From assembly GCA_002733355.1 (NCBI GenBank), contig NVVN01000004.1:1-64000 (forward strand): a stretch of 64,000 nucleotides of DNA, read 5' to 3'. How positions within the stretch are numbered: position 1 is the stretch's first letter; each line of letters opens with the position of its first letter. Source of the DNA: Sulfurovum sp. GTDB lineage: Bacteria > Campylobacterota > Campylobacteria > Campylobacterales > Sulfurovaceae. A program made the translations under genes and the position numbers. Under the pieces are notes generated by a model. That model made no database searches. It was not told where the DNA came from and saw nothing but the letters and a program-made list of their open reading frames with translations. Positions 22,354 through 32,134 of this stretch are shown piece after piece.

Positions 22354-23943
22354 ATGTCAAAAAAAACAATTGTTGTTTGTGACCATATTCATCAAGATGG
22401 ATTAGATATTTTAGCGAATGATAATGAAATTATATTTATCAATGCTGCCGATGAGCCAAAAGATAAACTTGTTGCAGAGATTATTCCTTTAGCCGATGTT
22501 GCGATTACTCGGTCTTCAACAGACGTAGATGAAGCATTTTTGGATGCTGCAAAAAATATCACTGCTGTGGTTCGTGCTGGTGTTGGTGTTGATAATGTAG
22601 ATATACCAGGATCCAGTAAACAAGGTATTGTTATCATGAATGTACCTACGGCAAATACAATTGCCGCAGTTGAACTTACGATGACGCATTTACTTTCATG
22701 TGTCAGAAAATTTCCATATGCACATAATAACCTTAAACTTGACCGTGTTTGGAGAAGACAAGATTGGTATGGTACGGAGCTAAAAGACAAAAAACTTGGT
22801 GTCATTGGTTTTGGTAATATTGGTTCACGTGTGGGAAAACGTGCTAAAGCTTTTGAAATGGATGTTATCGCGTATGACCCTTATATAGATCCATGTAAGG
22901 CAACAGATATTGATGTAAGCTACACAAAAAACTTTGAAGATATCTTAGCATGTGATATTATCACAATCCACACACCTAAAAATACAGAAACAATCGGTAT
23001 GATAGGTAAAGATGAGATTGCCAAGATGAAAGATGGTGTGATTCTGATTAACTGCGCGAGAGGTGGACTTTATGATGAAGATGCACTTTTGGAAGGTTTA
23101 AAAAGTGGTAAAATTGCCATGGCAGGGATAGATGTATTTAATAAAGAACCTGCGACAGACCACCCATTTTTAGATCTTGAAAATGTAACTGTGACACCAC
23201 ACTTAGGGGCAAATACTAAAGAGTCACAAAAAAATATAGCCATTCAAGCTGCTGAAAATGCCATTGCTGCAGCTAAAGGTATTTCATACCCTAATGCATT
23301 AAATTTACCTATAAAAGAAAATGAATTACCAAATTTTGTGAGACCATATCTTGAACTCGTACAAAAAATAGGACATCTATCTGCGCAGATAACAAAAAGT
23401 GCAGTAAAGTCTATTAAAGTGATTGCTGAAGGCCCTGTAGCAGACCATATAGAGTCTATGGGTACATTTGCAACGGTTGGCGTGCTTACAGAATCTCTCG
23501 GTGATCAGGTTAATTATGTAAATGCTGAATTTGTAGCTGTTGAGCGTGGTATTGATATCACTAAAGAGGTGAGANCCAACACAAGTGGTTTTGTCAATAG
23601 AATTGCCATTAAACTTACGACTTCTGAAGGTACTATTTTTATTGCAGGGACAGTGTTTGATGATACTGTGCAGAGAATTGTTGAGATTGATGACTATATC
23701 CTAGATGTAGAACCTAAGGGGACTATGATATTTTTTAGAAATACGGATACTCCAGGTGTTATTGGGGATGTGGGTAAGATCATGGCAGACAATCAGTTAA
23801 ATATTTCTGATTTTAGGTTGGGACGTGATAAGAAGCAACAAGCACTCGCAGTTGTACGTATAGATGGACAAGTGACTAAAAGTGTAATCGAGGCATTACA
23901 GTCATTGGAAGCTTGTATCAGCGTAGGGTACGCTACACTTTAA
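22354..23943 (+). CDS. serA: D-3-phosphoglycerate dehydrogenase
   Basis: RAGVGVDN, GFGNIG, INCARGG, TPHLGA, C-terminal ASB and ACT domains. Confidence 0.96.
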   Translation: MSKKTIVVCDHIHQDGLDILANDNEIIFINAADEPKDKLVAEIIPLADVAITRSSTDVDEAFLDAAKNITAVVRAGVGVDNVDIPGSSKQGIVIMNVPTANTIAAVELTMTHLLSCVRKFPYAHNNLKLDRVWRRQDWYGTELKDKKLGVIGFGNIGSRVGKRAKAFEMDVIAYDPYIDPCKATDIDVSYTKNFEDILACDIITIHTPKNTETIGMIGKDEIAKMKDGVILINCARGGLYDEDALLEGLKSGKIAMAGIDVFNKEPATDHPFLDLENVTVTPHLGANTKESQKNIAIQAAENAIAAAKGISYPNALNLPIKENELPNFVRPYLELVQKIGHLSAQITKSAVKSIKVIAEGPVADHIESMGTFATVGVLTESLGDQVNYVNAEFVAVERGIDITKEVRXNTSGFVNRIAIKLTTSEGTIFIAGTVFDDTVQRIVEIDDYILDVEPKGTMIFFRNTDTPGVIGDVGKIMADNQLNISDFRLGRDKKQQALAVVRIDGQVTKSVIEALQSLEACISVGYATL

Positions 23944-23947
23944 TCTC

Positions 23948-23982
23948 TATCACTTTACGTTTTTAAAAAAGGTGAAGTGATA
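23948..23982 (+). terminator. hairpin after serA
   Basis: TATCACTTTA ... TGAAGTGATA inverted repeat. Confidence 0.5.
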
Positions 23983-24046
23983 ATTTACCACCTTTATATC
24001 AAGTATTTGTTATAATTATTAGATTTTATATTTAAGGGGACTAGTA

Positions 24047-24613
24047 ATGGCTACCATAGGAATGGGTGATATCAAAAAAGGTGTGAGACTTGAAGTTACA
24101 GGGAACCCTTATAGAGTAATAGAAGCACATCATGTGAAACCTGGTAAAGGTGCAGCATTTGTTCGCATGAAGATCAAAAATCTTCAAACAGGTAAGGTGA
24201 TTGAAAAGACTGTACACGCGGGCGATAAGTTTGATGTACCTGACCTTGAACAAAAAACAATGCAATTTCTTTATGATGATGGTGAGTCTCTTCAGTTTAT
24301 GGACACTATTACCTTTGACCAAATTGGACTTACCCATGAACAAGTAGGTAAAGAAACTTTTTCATTTATGATAGATGGTATGGAAGCAGAGGTTCTTTTT
24401 CATGCAGGCAAAGCAATTTCAGTGGAGATTCCCCAAACTGTCATACTGAAAATCGTTGAAACACCACCTAATTTTAAAGGTGACTCACAAGGGGGTAAAA
24501 AACCAGCTACACTTGAGAGTGGTGCAGTGGTTCAAGTACCTTTTCACATCTTAGAAGGTGAGATGATTAAAGTTGATACGGTTGACGGTAAATATTTGGA
24601 AAAAGCAAAATAA
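24047..24613 (+). CDS. efp: elongation factor P
   Basis: [27 protein letters not shown]. Confidence 0.97.
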   Translation: MATIGMGDIKKGVRLEVTGNPYRVIEAHHVKPGKGAAFVRMKIKNLQTGKVIEKTVHAGDKFDVPDLEQKTMQFLYDDGESLQFMDTITFDQIGLTHEQVGKETFSFMIDGMEAEVLFHAGKAISVEIPQTVILKIVETPPNFKGDSQGGKKPATLESGAVVQVPFHILEGEMIKVDTVDGKYLEKAK

Positions 24614-24695
24614 ATTGCTTTTTAGAGTTTGTCAAATTTTTTTGACATCATCTTGATATAATGATACAAGTGACGTAAAAGATACTAAAGGTGAA

Positions 24696-26681
24696 ATGTT
24701 GACCCTTAAAAATATACTTGTTAGTGGACATCACTTTTCTGATGATGAATATGAATTGAAATCAATATTTGTACTTATGAACAGTATGCTTGGTTTTACA
24801 CTATTGTTTGTTGGTATTTTGGCACTTTTATTGTTTATAAAAGGAGATTATTATTTTGCTAGTGCAAATTGTATTTATCTCTTAATTGGTGCAATTGGAG
24901 TTTATCTTCTCCGAAGAAATAGAGAAAATTATCATTTCGTTATTCCATTTTTCCCCTTTATAAGTATTATATTGGTTAATGTAGCCATAGTTGAATATCC
25001 AAATGAACATGTGCGTTTTTCATGGTTTCTTGTAATCATTATAGTTTCTTTCTTTTTGGGAGGAAGAAAATTGGGCTTTACCTCATCGGGATTAAGTCTC
25101 ATTTCGATATTTGCATTATACACTATCCTTGATATCAATTTGAGCACCTATACCTTTGTCCTTATGGTAGCTATTTTGACACTTGGATCTTTAGCAGTAA
25201 GTTTGTATGAACGAAGAGAATATGATTTAAAGCAAAAGTTAAGTGATATAAATATTAGCTTGGAAGAAAGGGTTAAAGAGGAAATTCAAAAGCGCCTAAC
25301 TAGTTATCAAAAAAATAATGAAAAATTGCAAAAGAGTGCAAAAAAACTCGAAGAACAAAAAAATGCCTATAAACAGCTTGCACATTATGATACACTTACA
25401 AATTTACCTAACCGTATTTTTTTTAATGATAGACTGGAACACTCTATAGACAAAGCCAAAAGAAATGACAATAAGTTAGCAGTTTTGTTTTTAGATCTTG
25501 ATAACTTTAAAGAAATTAATGATTCTCTTGGGCATCATGTGGGTGATGAAGTATTAAAAATTGTTGCAGGAAGGTTACAACAAAAGATTCGTCAGTCTGA
25601 TACTCTTGCTAGACTGGGAGGCGATGAATTTATTTTGCTTTTGGAGGATATAAATGATGTATACAAAATTGGTGAAATTTCACAATCTTTAATACANAAA
25701 CTAAGTAATGTCATGCATATCAAAGAACATGAATTGTATGTGACAGTGAGTATTGGTGCTAGTATTTACCCTGACGATGGTGAAGATGNAGAGTCTTTAC
25801 TTAAATGTGCAGACTCTGCTATGTATAGTGCAAAAAGAGAAGGGAATAACCTATTTCATTTTTATAAAAAAGAGATGACTGACNAGGCNATGGAACGTGT
25901 NACCTTGGAAACAAGTATGCGTCAGGGACTAGAAAGGAACGAGTTTGTTGTCTATTATCAGCCTATTATAGATGCAAGAACAAATAGCTTGGTGGGAATG
26001 GAAGCATTATTACGGTGGGAACATCCTACACTTGGATTCCTTCCACCAGATAAGTTTATACATATTGCAGAAAGTAGTTCTATCATTATAGCACTAGGGG
26101 AAAAAGTGTTAGATATGGTTGTCGAACAATTACAAAAATGGCATAAACAGGGGTTTGACCCTCATTGTATATCGGTCAATTTATCGGTTAAACAGTTACG
26201 TCATAAGGGTTTGCTATCAAAAATTGAAGAGATTTTAGAAGCTACAAATTTTAGAAAAGATTGGCTACAGCTAGAGATTACGGAAGGGTATGCCATGCAA
26301 CAACTGGACCAGGCTATTATGATACTTCAAAGTCTGAGAGATTTGGGTGTTACCTTGGCTATAGATGATTTTGGAACAGGGTATTCTTCTCTTTCNTANT
26401 TAAAAAGATTACCGATTAANAGNCTTAAAATAGATAAATCNTTCATNGGNGATATACCTGGNAACAAAGANGATGAAGCATTGGTNAGAGCNATAGTTNC
26501 NATGGCACACAGTATGCATCTTGGTATTGTGGCAGAGGGTATTGAAACAAAAGAGCAAGAGAAGTTTTTGTTAGGTGTAGGATGCCATATTATGCAGGGA
26601 TATCTATACCACAAACCAATGGAAGCAGCTACAATGATGAAAATATTTAATAAAAATAATATAAAGATAGAAGATGGATAA
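24696..26681 (+). CDS. membrane-anchored diguanylate cyclase/phosphodiesterase (multi-TM sensor-GGDEF-EAL)
   Basis: About six TM segments, coiled coil, [16 protein letters not shown]-site plus [30 protein letters not shown]. Confidence 0.93.
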   Translation: MLTLKNILVSGHHFSDDEYELKSIFVLMNSMLGFTLLFVGILALLLFIKGDYYFASANCIYLLIGAIGVYLLRRNRENYHFVIPFFPFISIILVNVAIVEYPNEHVRFSWFLVIIIVSFFLGGRKLGFTSSGLSLISIFALYTILDINLSTYTFVLMVAILTLGSLAVSLYERREYDLKQKLSDINISLEERVKEEIQKRLTSYQKNNEKLQKSAKKLEEQKNAYKQLAHYDTLTNLPNRIFFNDRLEHSIDKAKRNDNKLAVLFLDLDNFKEINDSLGHHVGDEVLKIVAGRLQQKIRQSDTLARLGGDEFILLLEDINDVYKIGEISQSLIXKLSNVMHIKEHELYVTVSIGASIYPDDGEDXESLLKCADSAMYSAKREGNNLFHFYKKEMTDXXMERXTLETSMRQGLERNEFVVYYQPIIDARTNSLVGMEALLRWEHPTLGFLPPDKFIHIAESSSIIIALGEKVLDMVVEQLQKWHKQGFDPHCISVNLSVKQLRHKGLLSKIEEILEATNFRKDWLQLEITEGYAMQQLDQAIMILQSLRDLGVTLAIDDFGTGYSSLXXLKRLPIXXLKIDKXFXXDIPXNKXDEALXRXIVXMAHSMHLGIVAEGIETKEQEKFLLGVGCHIMQGYLYHKPMEAATMMKIFNKNNIKIEDG

Positions 26682-27687
26682 AGAGTTACATTATTTATTA
26701 AGAGAGCGTAGTGAAATTACAGTGCGTTATGATCCCGATACAGAAGCAATTTGGGTATATTCAAAACCAAATGTTCGGCCTTGTTACAGTATAGAGTTAT
26801 TAAAGGAATNTNNACAATTTCAAAGAGATGTAATTGAGTACTTCAAGCGTGCAGATATGCGACCAAAAACACCCGTAAAATATCTAATAAATGCTTCACA
26901 AACACCTGAGATTTATAATTATGGTGGCGATTTAAATTTATTTTCAAAATTGATAGAAGAAAAAGATGCACTAAAACTATTTGAATATGCAAAGGTATGT
27001 ATAGATATTGTATATTTAAATGCAGTTAATTATAATTTACCTATTACCACTATTTCACTTGTTGAAGGAGTTGCACTAGGTGGTGGGTTTGAAGGGGCTA
27101 TCTCTTATAACGTGTGTATTGCAGAGGAGCAAAGTCGGATGGGTATGCCTGAAATTAGATTTAACCTTATTCCTGGTATGGGGGCATATAGTTTTTTAGC
27201 TAGATCGGTAGGGGTGAGAAAAGCAGAAGAGATTATTTCTAGTGGAAAAATATATGATGCCAAGACGCTCTATGAAATGGGAGTGATAACAGCAGTCGCA
27301 AAAAAAGGTGAAGGCGAAAAAGCTGTCAATAAATATATGAAAAGAAATAGCCGACTTTTCAATGGTATGCAAGCGATACAGGCTTCTAGACACAGATATC
27401 AACGGTTAGATTATGATGAGCTCATCGATATAACTAAAATTTGGGTTGATGCGGCATTAAGGCTGACACAAAAAGATCTTAAAATGATGCAAAAAATAGT
27501 AGATGCACAAAATCAAAAGTCGATAAGTGATATCGATATACTTCGAACAAAACAGGACCGCAGATTTGAACAAGAAGCTGTACAGTTTCCATTAACAGAC
27601 AGTCATGAAAAGGTTATAACTTTTGATAGAAGATCTGGTAGAGATCCTAGAAAAGAATTTACTGAAAATAGTGACAAAGAGAAGTAG
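26674..27687 (+). CDS. rpfF: RpfF-type DSF synthase (crotonase superfamily) with C-terminal extension
   Basis: RPC, YLINAS...YNYGGDL.LF, L.EYA..CID, ALGGGFE (Glu1), MPEIRFNLIPGMGAYSFL.R (Glu2), WVDAAL.L...DL..M: the RpfF pattern rather than a generic enoyl-CoA hydratase. Confidence 0.82.
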   Translation: MDKELHYLLRERSEITVRYDPDTEAIWVYSKPNVRPCYSIELLKEXXQFQRDVIEYFKRADMRPKTPVKYLINASQTPEIYNYGGDLNLFSKLIEEKDALKLFEYAKVCIDIVYLNAVNYNLPITTISLVEGVALGGGFEGAISYNVCIAEEQSRMGMPEIRFNLIPGMGAYSFLARSVGVRKAEEIISSGKIYDAKTLYEMGVITAVAKKGEGEKAVNKYMKRNSRLFNGMQAIQASRHRYQRLDYDELIDITKIWVDAALRLTQKDLKMMQKIVDAQNQKSISDIDILRTKQDRRFEQEAVQFPLTDSHEKVITFDRRSGRDPRKEFTENSDKEK

Positions 27688-27698
27688 CTTTTTATAAG

Positions 27699-29597
27699 CT
27701 ATTCCTTTTTAAATACTTTTTCACAATCTTTAAGTATTTCTCCTGGTATAGTGGCAATCATCATGAACTCTGACATGCTAAGATTAGGATACATGTATGC
27801 GATGTAGTATTTAGGATCAAGAATCTTTGCTTTACCCTTTTCTATAAGAACAGGGTATGGTAACATCGCGGCATTATTTCTTCCAATTCTTTTTGTAAAG
27901 TTTCGGGTGCGTTTACCTAGTGTTATACCTATAAGTGTAGCACCATTTTTCAATGTTTGTGTAAAGATGACTCTTTTGTTATTTTTTATTTTTTCCAGTA
28001 AGTTATCACCTGATGCAACTTCTATCATATCTTCGTAGTATGGCATCCCAATCATGAATTGATAGTTTTCCAAACGTTGATATTTAAGTGTATCTTTGGA
28101 GTTTATTAGTCCTGGGAATACGGTAACAAGTTGTACCAAAATATTTTTTGCTTCTTTTTCATCAAAGTCAGCTTGTAAAAAACCTTTTGCCATATAGAGT
28201 GGATTGGTTATACTGATTTTTTGATCTTTTGTATCTACAAGGACACGTAATGATGCCATAAATCCTCTATCTACTTTGCTTGCCATGTCAATTAAGGCAT
28301 CATTGCTAAAGACTATAGAAATAAGGTCACCTTTTTTGTTGACAGGTGTCGTTGCTACAACTTTGAATCCGGCTGAGTTTAGCTTTTCTTTTATTGTATT
28401 GACATCTAGAAATTCTCCACGAAGATATGCTGAAATCATTCCTTGATTTACCTGACCTACATTGGCATTTTGTTCTGATATTTCTATTTTTACTGGAGTT
28501 ATATATTCTACTGGTTTTGTAGTCTGCTTACTTACATTTGTATGTTGCTCATATTTAAGTGGTAGATGGTTAGTAGTTTTGTGAAGAAGAGGGTTTCCAT
28601 TTGGGATCTCTTTCATACCCAATGCTGTCAATATATCAGGTATTTCTGTGTCAAGTTTTTTCACTAAATGTAAACGTTTTTTATCTGTAATATTGAGAGT
28701 ATCAGACCAATTGTGAAGCCTAGGCATACCAATGACAACTTTATTGCTTCCCTTTTTGATATACATATACATGGTACAAGGAGCAAAAATACCGGCTTCT
28801 GGTCTTGCATCTTGGTTGCTGTCAAACATATTGTATGAAAATTCTAAGTGACAGAGAGAATAGGTCCAAAACGCATCGTAATTAGAAAGTATTTCTTCTG
28901 CGTTGTCTGCTGCTTCCATAAAGTTGTGAAAACCTGCGATGAGATAGCCTTTGTTGATAAACGCAAGCTCAAATGTATTTTGAAATTCATCCAAAAAGTC
29001 ATCTAAGTCATCTGGAGTGCTAAACATATATTCGTAATGAATCATAGTCTTTTCTGGAAGTTTGTTATAGGAGATATATGAAGTTTCCCCAGCTAATTCC
29101 TTATAAACTGTAGTATCAAGAGCTTTAAATGTTGAAGAAAATTTTCTTCGTACCTCTTCGTTTTCTACGCCTAATATGTCTAACATGACTTGTGGTACTA
29201 AGTGCCCCACATGGGTGACATTTTCATCTAATTTTTTATATATTAGCATATTAAATGGTGCAAACCCTGCGATACGAGGATCAATATTTAGTAGAGGCAG
29301 AATGGTTTCATCATGTACTATGGGCATAAAACTAAGTACATCTAAAATGGTTGAGCCATACTTTGCTTCATACTGGTCATTTACTCTTTTATGGGGGTTT
29401 GTTACATTGAAACCAATGCTTTTAAGTTTTTTTTCTACAAGGGTATTATATTTTTTTTCTATCTTGCCATCGATAGTATAAAATACAGCAAGATTTTTAT
29501 TTGTTTGTGATACTTCTAATGGGGATGGTGCAGAAAACAATAGTGTAGGCATAGCAATAGTGAGAGTAAGTAGTATGAGGCTAAATATGTTTTTCAA
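27699..29597 (-). CDS. secreted multi-domain protein with tandem DUF302-like domains
   Basis: Signal peptide; FAPFN and W.YSLCH...FAPCTMY motifs; paralogous to 30463-31482; extra C-terminal domain. Confidence 0.65.
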   Translation of the reverse strand: MKNIFSLILLTLTIAMPTLLFSAPSPLEVSQTNKNLAVFYTIDGKIEKKYNTLVEKKLKSIGFNVTNPHKRVNDQYEAKYGSTILDVLSFMPIVHDETILPLLNIDPRIAGFAPFNMLIYKKLDENVTHVGHLVPQVMLDILGVENEEVRRKFSSTFKALDTTVYKELAGETSYISYNKLPEKTMIHYEYMFSTPDDLDDFLDEFQNTFELAFINKGYLIAGFHNFMEAADNAEEILSNYDAFWTYSLCHLEFSYNMFDSNQDARPEAGIFAPCTMYMYIKKGSNKVVIGMPRLHNWSDTLNITDKKRLHLVKKLDTEIPDILTALGMKEIPNGNPLLHKTTNHLPLKYEQHTNVSKQTTKPVEYITPVKIEISEQNANVGQVNQGMISAYLRGEFLDVNTIKEKLNSAGFKVVATTPVNKKGDLISIVFSNDALIDMASKVDRGFMASLRVLVDTKDQKISITNPLYMAKGFLQADFDEKEAKNILVQLVTVFPGLINSKDTLKYQRLENYQFMIGMPYYEDMIEVASGDNLLEKIKNNKRVIFTQTLKNGATLIGITLGKRTRNFTKRIGRNNAAMLPYPVLIEKGKAKILDPKYYIAYMYPNLSMSEFMMIATIPGEILKDCEKVFKKE

Positions 29598-29683
29598 GAG
29601 TATCCTTTGGATATGATAAACAATATTTTAACACAAAAATAATAAAAATAATAAATTTAAGTTATGATGGAAGGTTAGTGAGG

Positions 29684-29714
29684 GTAAAGCTACCAATAGA
29701 AAAGGTAGCTTTAC
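29684..29714 (-). terminator. hairpin downstream of the repeat-protein gene
   Basis: GTAAAGCTACC ... GGTAGCTTTAC perfect 11-bp stem. Confidence 0.6.
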
Positions 29715-29729
29715 AAGTATAGCGTTGGA

Positions 29730-30248
29730 TTATTTAGCAGCTTTTTTAAGTTCCATATATTCTGCATAATCATCAGCAGAGATAGTTCTTACAGAGTCAT
29801 TGGCATTGTCAGAAACATTTTTAACTGAAGCAGTTGAGTCACTAGAAACAGTTTTTGCTGTAGATGCAGCATTGTCTGTAGTTGTTTTTACTGAAGTTGT
29901 TGAATCATTAGAAACAGTTTTAACAGAATCTTTTGCATCTTTAGATACTGTTGTTGTAGCTGTCGACATAGAATTTGAAGTATTTGTTTCCATTGTTTTG
30001 ATGTCATCAGATACTGCGATAGTTGAATCTTTTGCATCTGCACTCACGTTAGTTATAGTTCTTTCACCACTTTTTGATGTCTCAACTGCACCATCTGTCA
30101 TAGTTGCAACACTGTCTTTAGCATCTTTACTCATACTTGTTGTAGCATCTTTCATGTCTTTGAACATATCTCCAAAGCTAAAGTCTGCTTGTGCGTTTGT
30201 TAGTAGTAATGCAGCTACTGCTACAGAAGTTGTTATGATTTTTTTCAT
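29730..30248 (-). CDS. secreted Ser/Thr/Asp/Lys-rich protein with 11-residue repeats
   Basis: Signal peptide ending AQA; repeats such as KDSVKTVSNDS, TASVKNVSDNA; AAGGGA RBS. Confidence 0.75.
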   Translation of the reverse strand: MKKIITTSVAVAALLLTNAQADFSFGDMFKDMKDATTSMSKDAKDSVATMTDGAVETSKSGERTITNVSADAKDSTIAVSDDIKTMETNTSNSMSTATTTVSKDAKDSVKTVSNDSTTSVKTTTDNAASTAKTVSSDSTASVKNVSDNANDSVRTISADDYAEYMELKKAAK

Positions 30249-30462
30249 GGTAATCCCTTTAATTTTATTTGGAATTATAGTGTAATTATATTAAATATAA
30301 CTTAAACTTAATAATATTTTAGAAAAATAGGTTATTATCTACTTTAATTACACAGTTTNAAAAATATTTTTCTAGGCATGTATGTTAAAATAACTATTTA
30401 NATAGAATCACTTATTAAAAATACATGNTATACTTATNATAATAGTAAAAAGGAAATATAGT

Positions 30463-31482
30463 ATGAAAAAANTATTTGGAACTTGTCTATTAGTTGTGGG
30501 TATGTTAACAGGACTTTGTGCTATTGAGACAAAGGTTAAAGAGACCCCGCAACTAACTATAAAAAAGTCTGTAATTGTTTATACCATAAAAGGCAATGCA
30601 GAAGAAAAGTACAACAACATGATGGATGAACAATTAAAACCGCTTGGTTTTCTTTCTCCTGATCCCCGTAAAGGGGTACATAAAGTGTATGAAAAGAAGT
30701 ATGGTTCTACAACATTCGAGATACTCTCTTTTATGACCATTGTGGATAAAAAATCTATTAAGCCATTGTTAAATATTGATCCTACACTTGCAGGGTTTAA
30801 CCCGTTTAATTTACTTATGTATAAATTTAAAGATAAAAATAAAACGGTTATTTCACATCTTACTTCTGAAGCAGTATTTGATATGTTAGGTACAAGCAAT
30901 AAAGAGGTCATGGATGGATATATAAAAAGTATGGCTAAGCTTGATAATCTGATAGTAACAAACTTTCCAGAGGCAAAGATTTCTTATGGAACCTATAGTG
31001 AGCTTGCAGTAGATACTATGATGAATTTTGAAATTGATTTCCAAAGACCTGAGAAATTGATGGACTATGTAGATGAGATTCAAGAAAAAGTGGAAGAAGC
31101 TTTTGAGGTCAAAGGGTATATTATGGCTGGCTTCTTTAACTTCAAAGAAACGTTTGATGGAAGTAATTTACTTCCACAAATGGACGAATTTTGGACATTT
31201 TCTCTTTGTCATTTTAAGTATTCGTATACGATGTTCGATAATGCAGGAGCAAGACCTGAAAGTGCCGTATTCGCTCCTTGTACAATGTATATGTATATAC
31301 AAAAAGGAAGCAATAAGCTGGTCATTGGTATGCCTAGGCTTCAAAACTGGGTGAGTATGTTTAATATTACAGATAAAACCAGACTTGAATTTAATCAGAA
31401 GTTAGACAAAGAGATACCAGAGATACTTAAAAGTTTAGGTGCAAAAGAAGTTGAATGGACACCTTACAGACCAATAAGATAA
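30463..31482 (+). CDS. secreted tandem DUF302-like domain protein
   Basis: Signal peptide; YGST...LSF, LLNIDP, WTFSLCH, ARPE..VFAPCTMYMYI.KGSNK shared with 27699-29597. Confidence 0.65.
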   Translation: MKKXFGTCLLVVGMLTGLCAIETKVKETPQLTIKKSVIVYTIKGNAEEKYNNMMDEQLKPLGFLSPDPRKGVHKVYEKKYGSTTFEILSFMTIVDKKSIKPLLNIDPTLAGFNPFNLLMYKFKDKNKTVISHLTSEAVFDMLGTSNKEVMDGYIKSMAKLDNLIVTNFPEAKISYGTYSELAVDTMMNFEIDFQRPEKLMDYVDEIQEKVEEAFEVKGYIMAGFFNFKETFDGSNLLPQMDEFWTFSLCHFKYSYTMFDNAGARPESAVFAPCTMYMYIQKGSNKLVIGMPRLQNWVSMFNITDKTRLEFNQKLDKEIPEILKSLGAKEVEWTPYRPIR

Positions 31483-31501
31483 AACATAAAAGGAGTAGTT
31501 T

Positions 31502-32062
31502 ATGGCAAGTGTATTATTACCTATAGCAGAAGGATTTGAAGAGCTTGAAGCAGTAGCATTGATTGATGTGATGCGTCGTGGTGGAATCGAGGTTCGTGTA
31601 GTGTATCTTGAAGATGAAACACATGGCGCGTTGGTCACAGGTGCCAATGGCATTACTGTGCAGGCTGATATGTCTATTAAGAATATTATTTCCGAAGACT
31701 TTGATATGATGGTACTTCCTGGAGGTTGGGATGGCACCTATGCTTTAGCAGAAAATGAAAGAGTTATAGAACTTGTACAAGAGTTTAAAGAAAAGAAAAT
31801 AATAGGTGCGATGTGTGCGGCACCATTTGTGTTGAAAAAAGCAGGAGTTCTAGGTAATGATTATACATGTTACCCCGGAGCCAAGGAGGAGATAGACCAT
31901 CCAGGCTACAGAGCAGATGCAAAAGTAGTGACAGACGGTAATGTCATCACCTCACAAGGACCAGGTACAGCAGTATGTTTTGGTCTAGTTATAGTAGAAC
32001 GTCTGGTAGGAGTGGAATCCATGCAGGCTGTAAAAGATGGGATGCTTTTAGACTATTGTTGA
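31502..32062 (+). CDS. DJ-1/PfpI (YajL/ThiJ-like) family protein
   Basis: GFEELEA, LPGG, AMCAAP nucleophilic Cys, TSQGPGT. Confidence 0.92.
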   Translation: MASVLLPIAEGFEELEAVALIDVMRRGGIEVRVVYLEDETHGALVTGANGITVQADMSIKNIISEDFDMMVLPGGWDGTYALAENERVIELVQEFKEKKIIGAMCAAPFVLKKAGVLGNDYTCYPGAKEEIDHPGYRADAKVVTDGNVITSQGPGTAVCFGLVIVERLVGVESMQAVKDGMLLDYC

Positions 32063-32134
32063 GACTGTTTTACACGCTTAATACACACATCTTAATTATA
32101 CTCTTGGTAGTCGACTTCTTTAAAAGGAGATGCT

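Noticed and set aside
29800..30285. 161-aa plus-strand ORF, and other long antisense ORFs such as 35936-36826 and 62600-63100
   Set aside because: Shadows of well-supported genes on the opposite strand.
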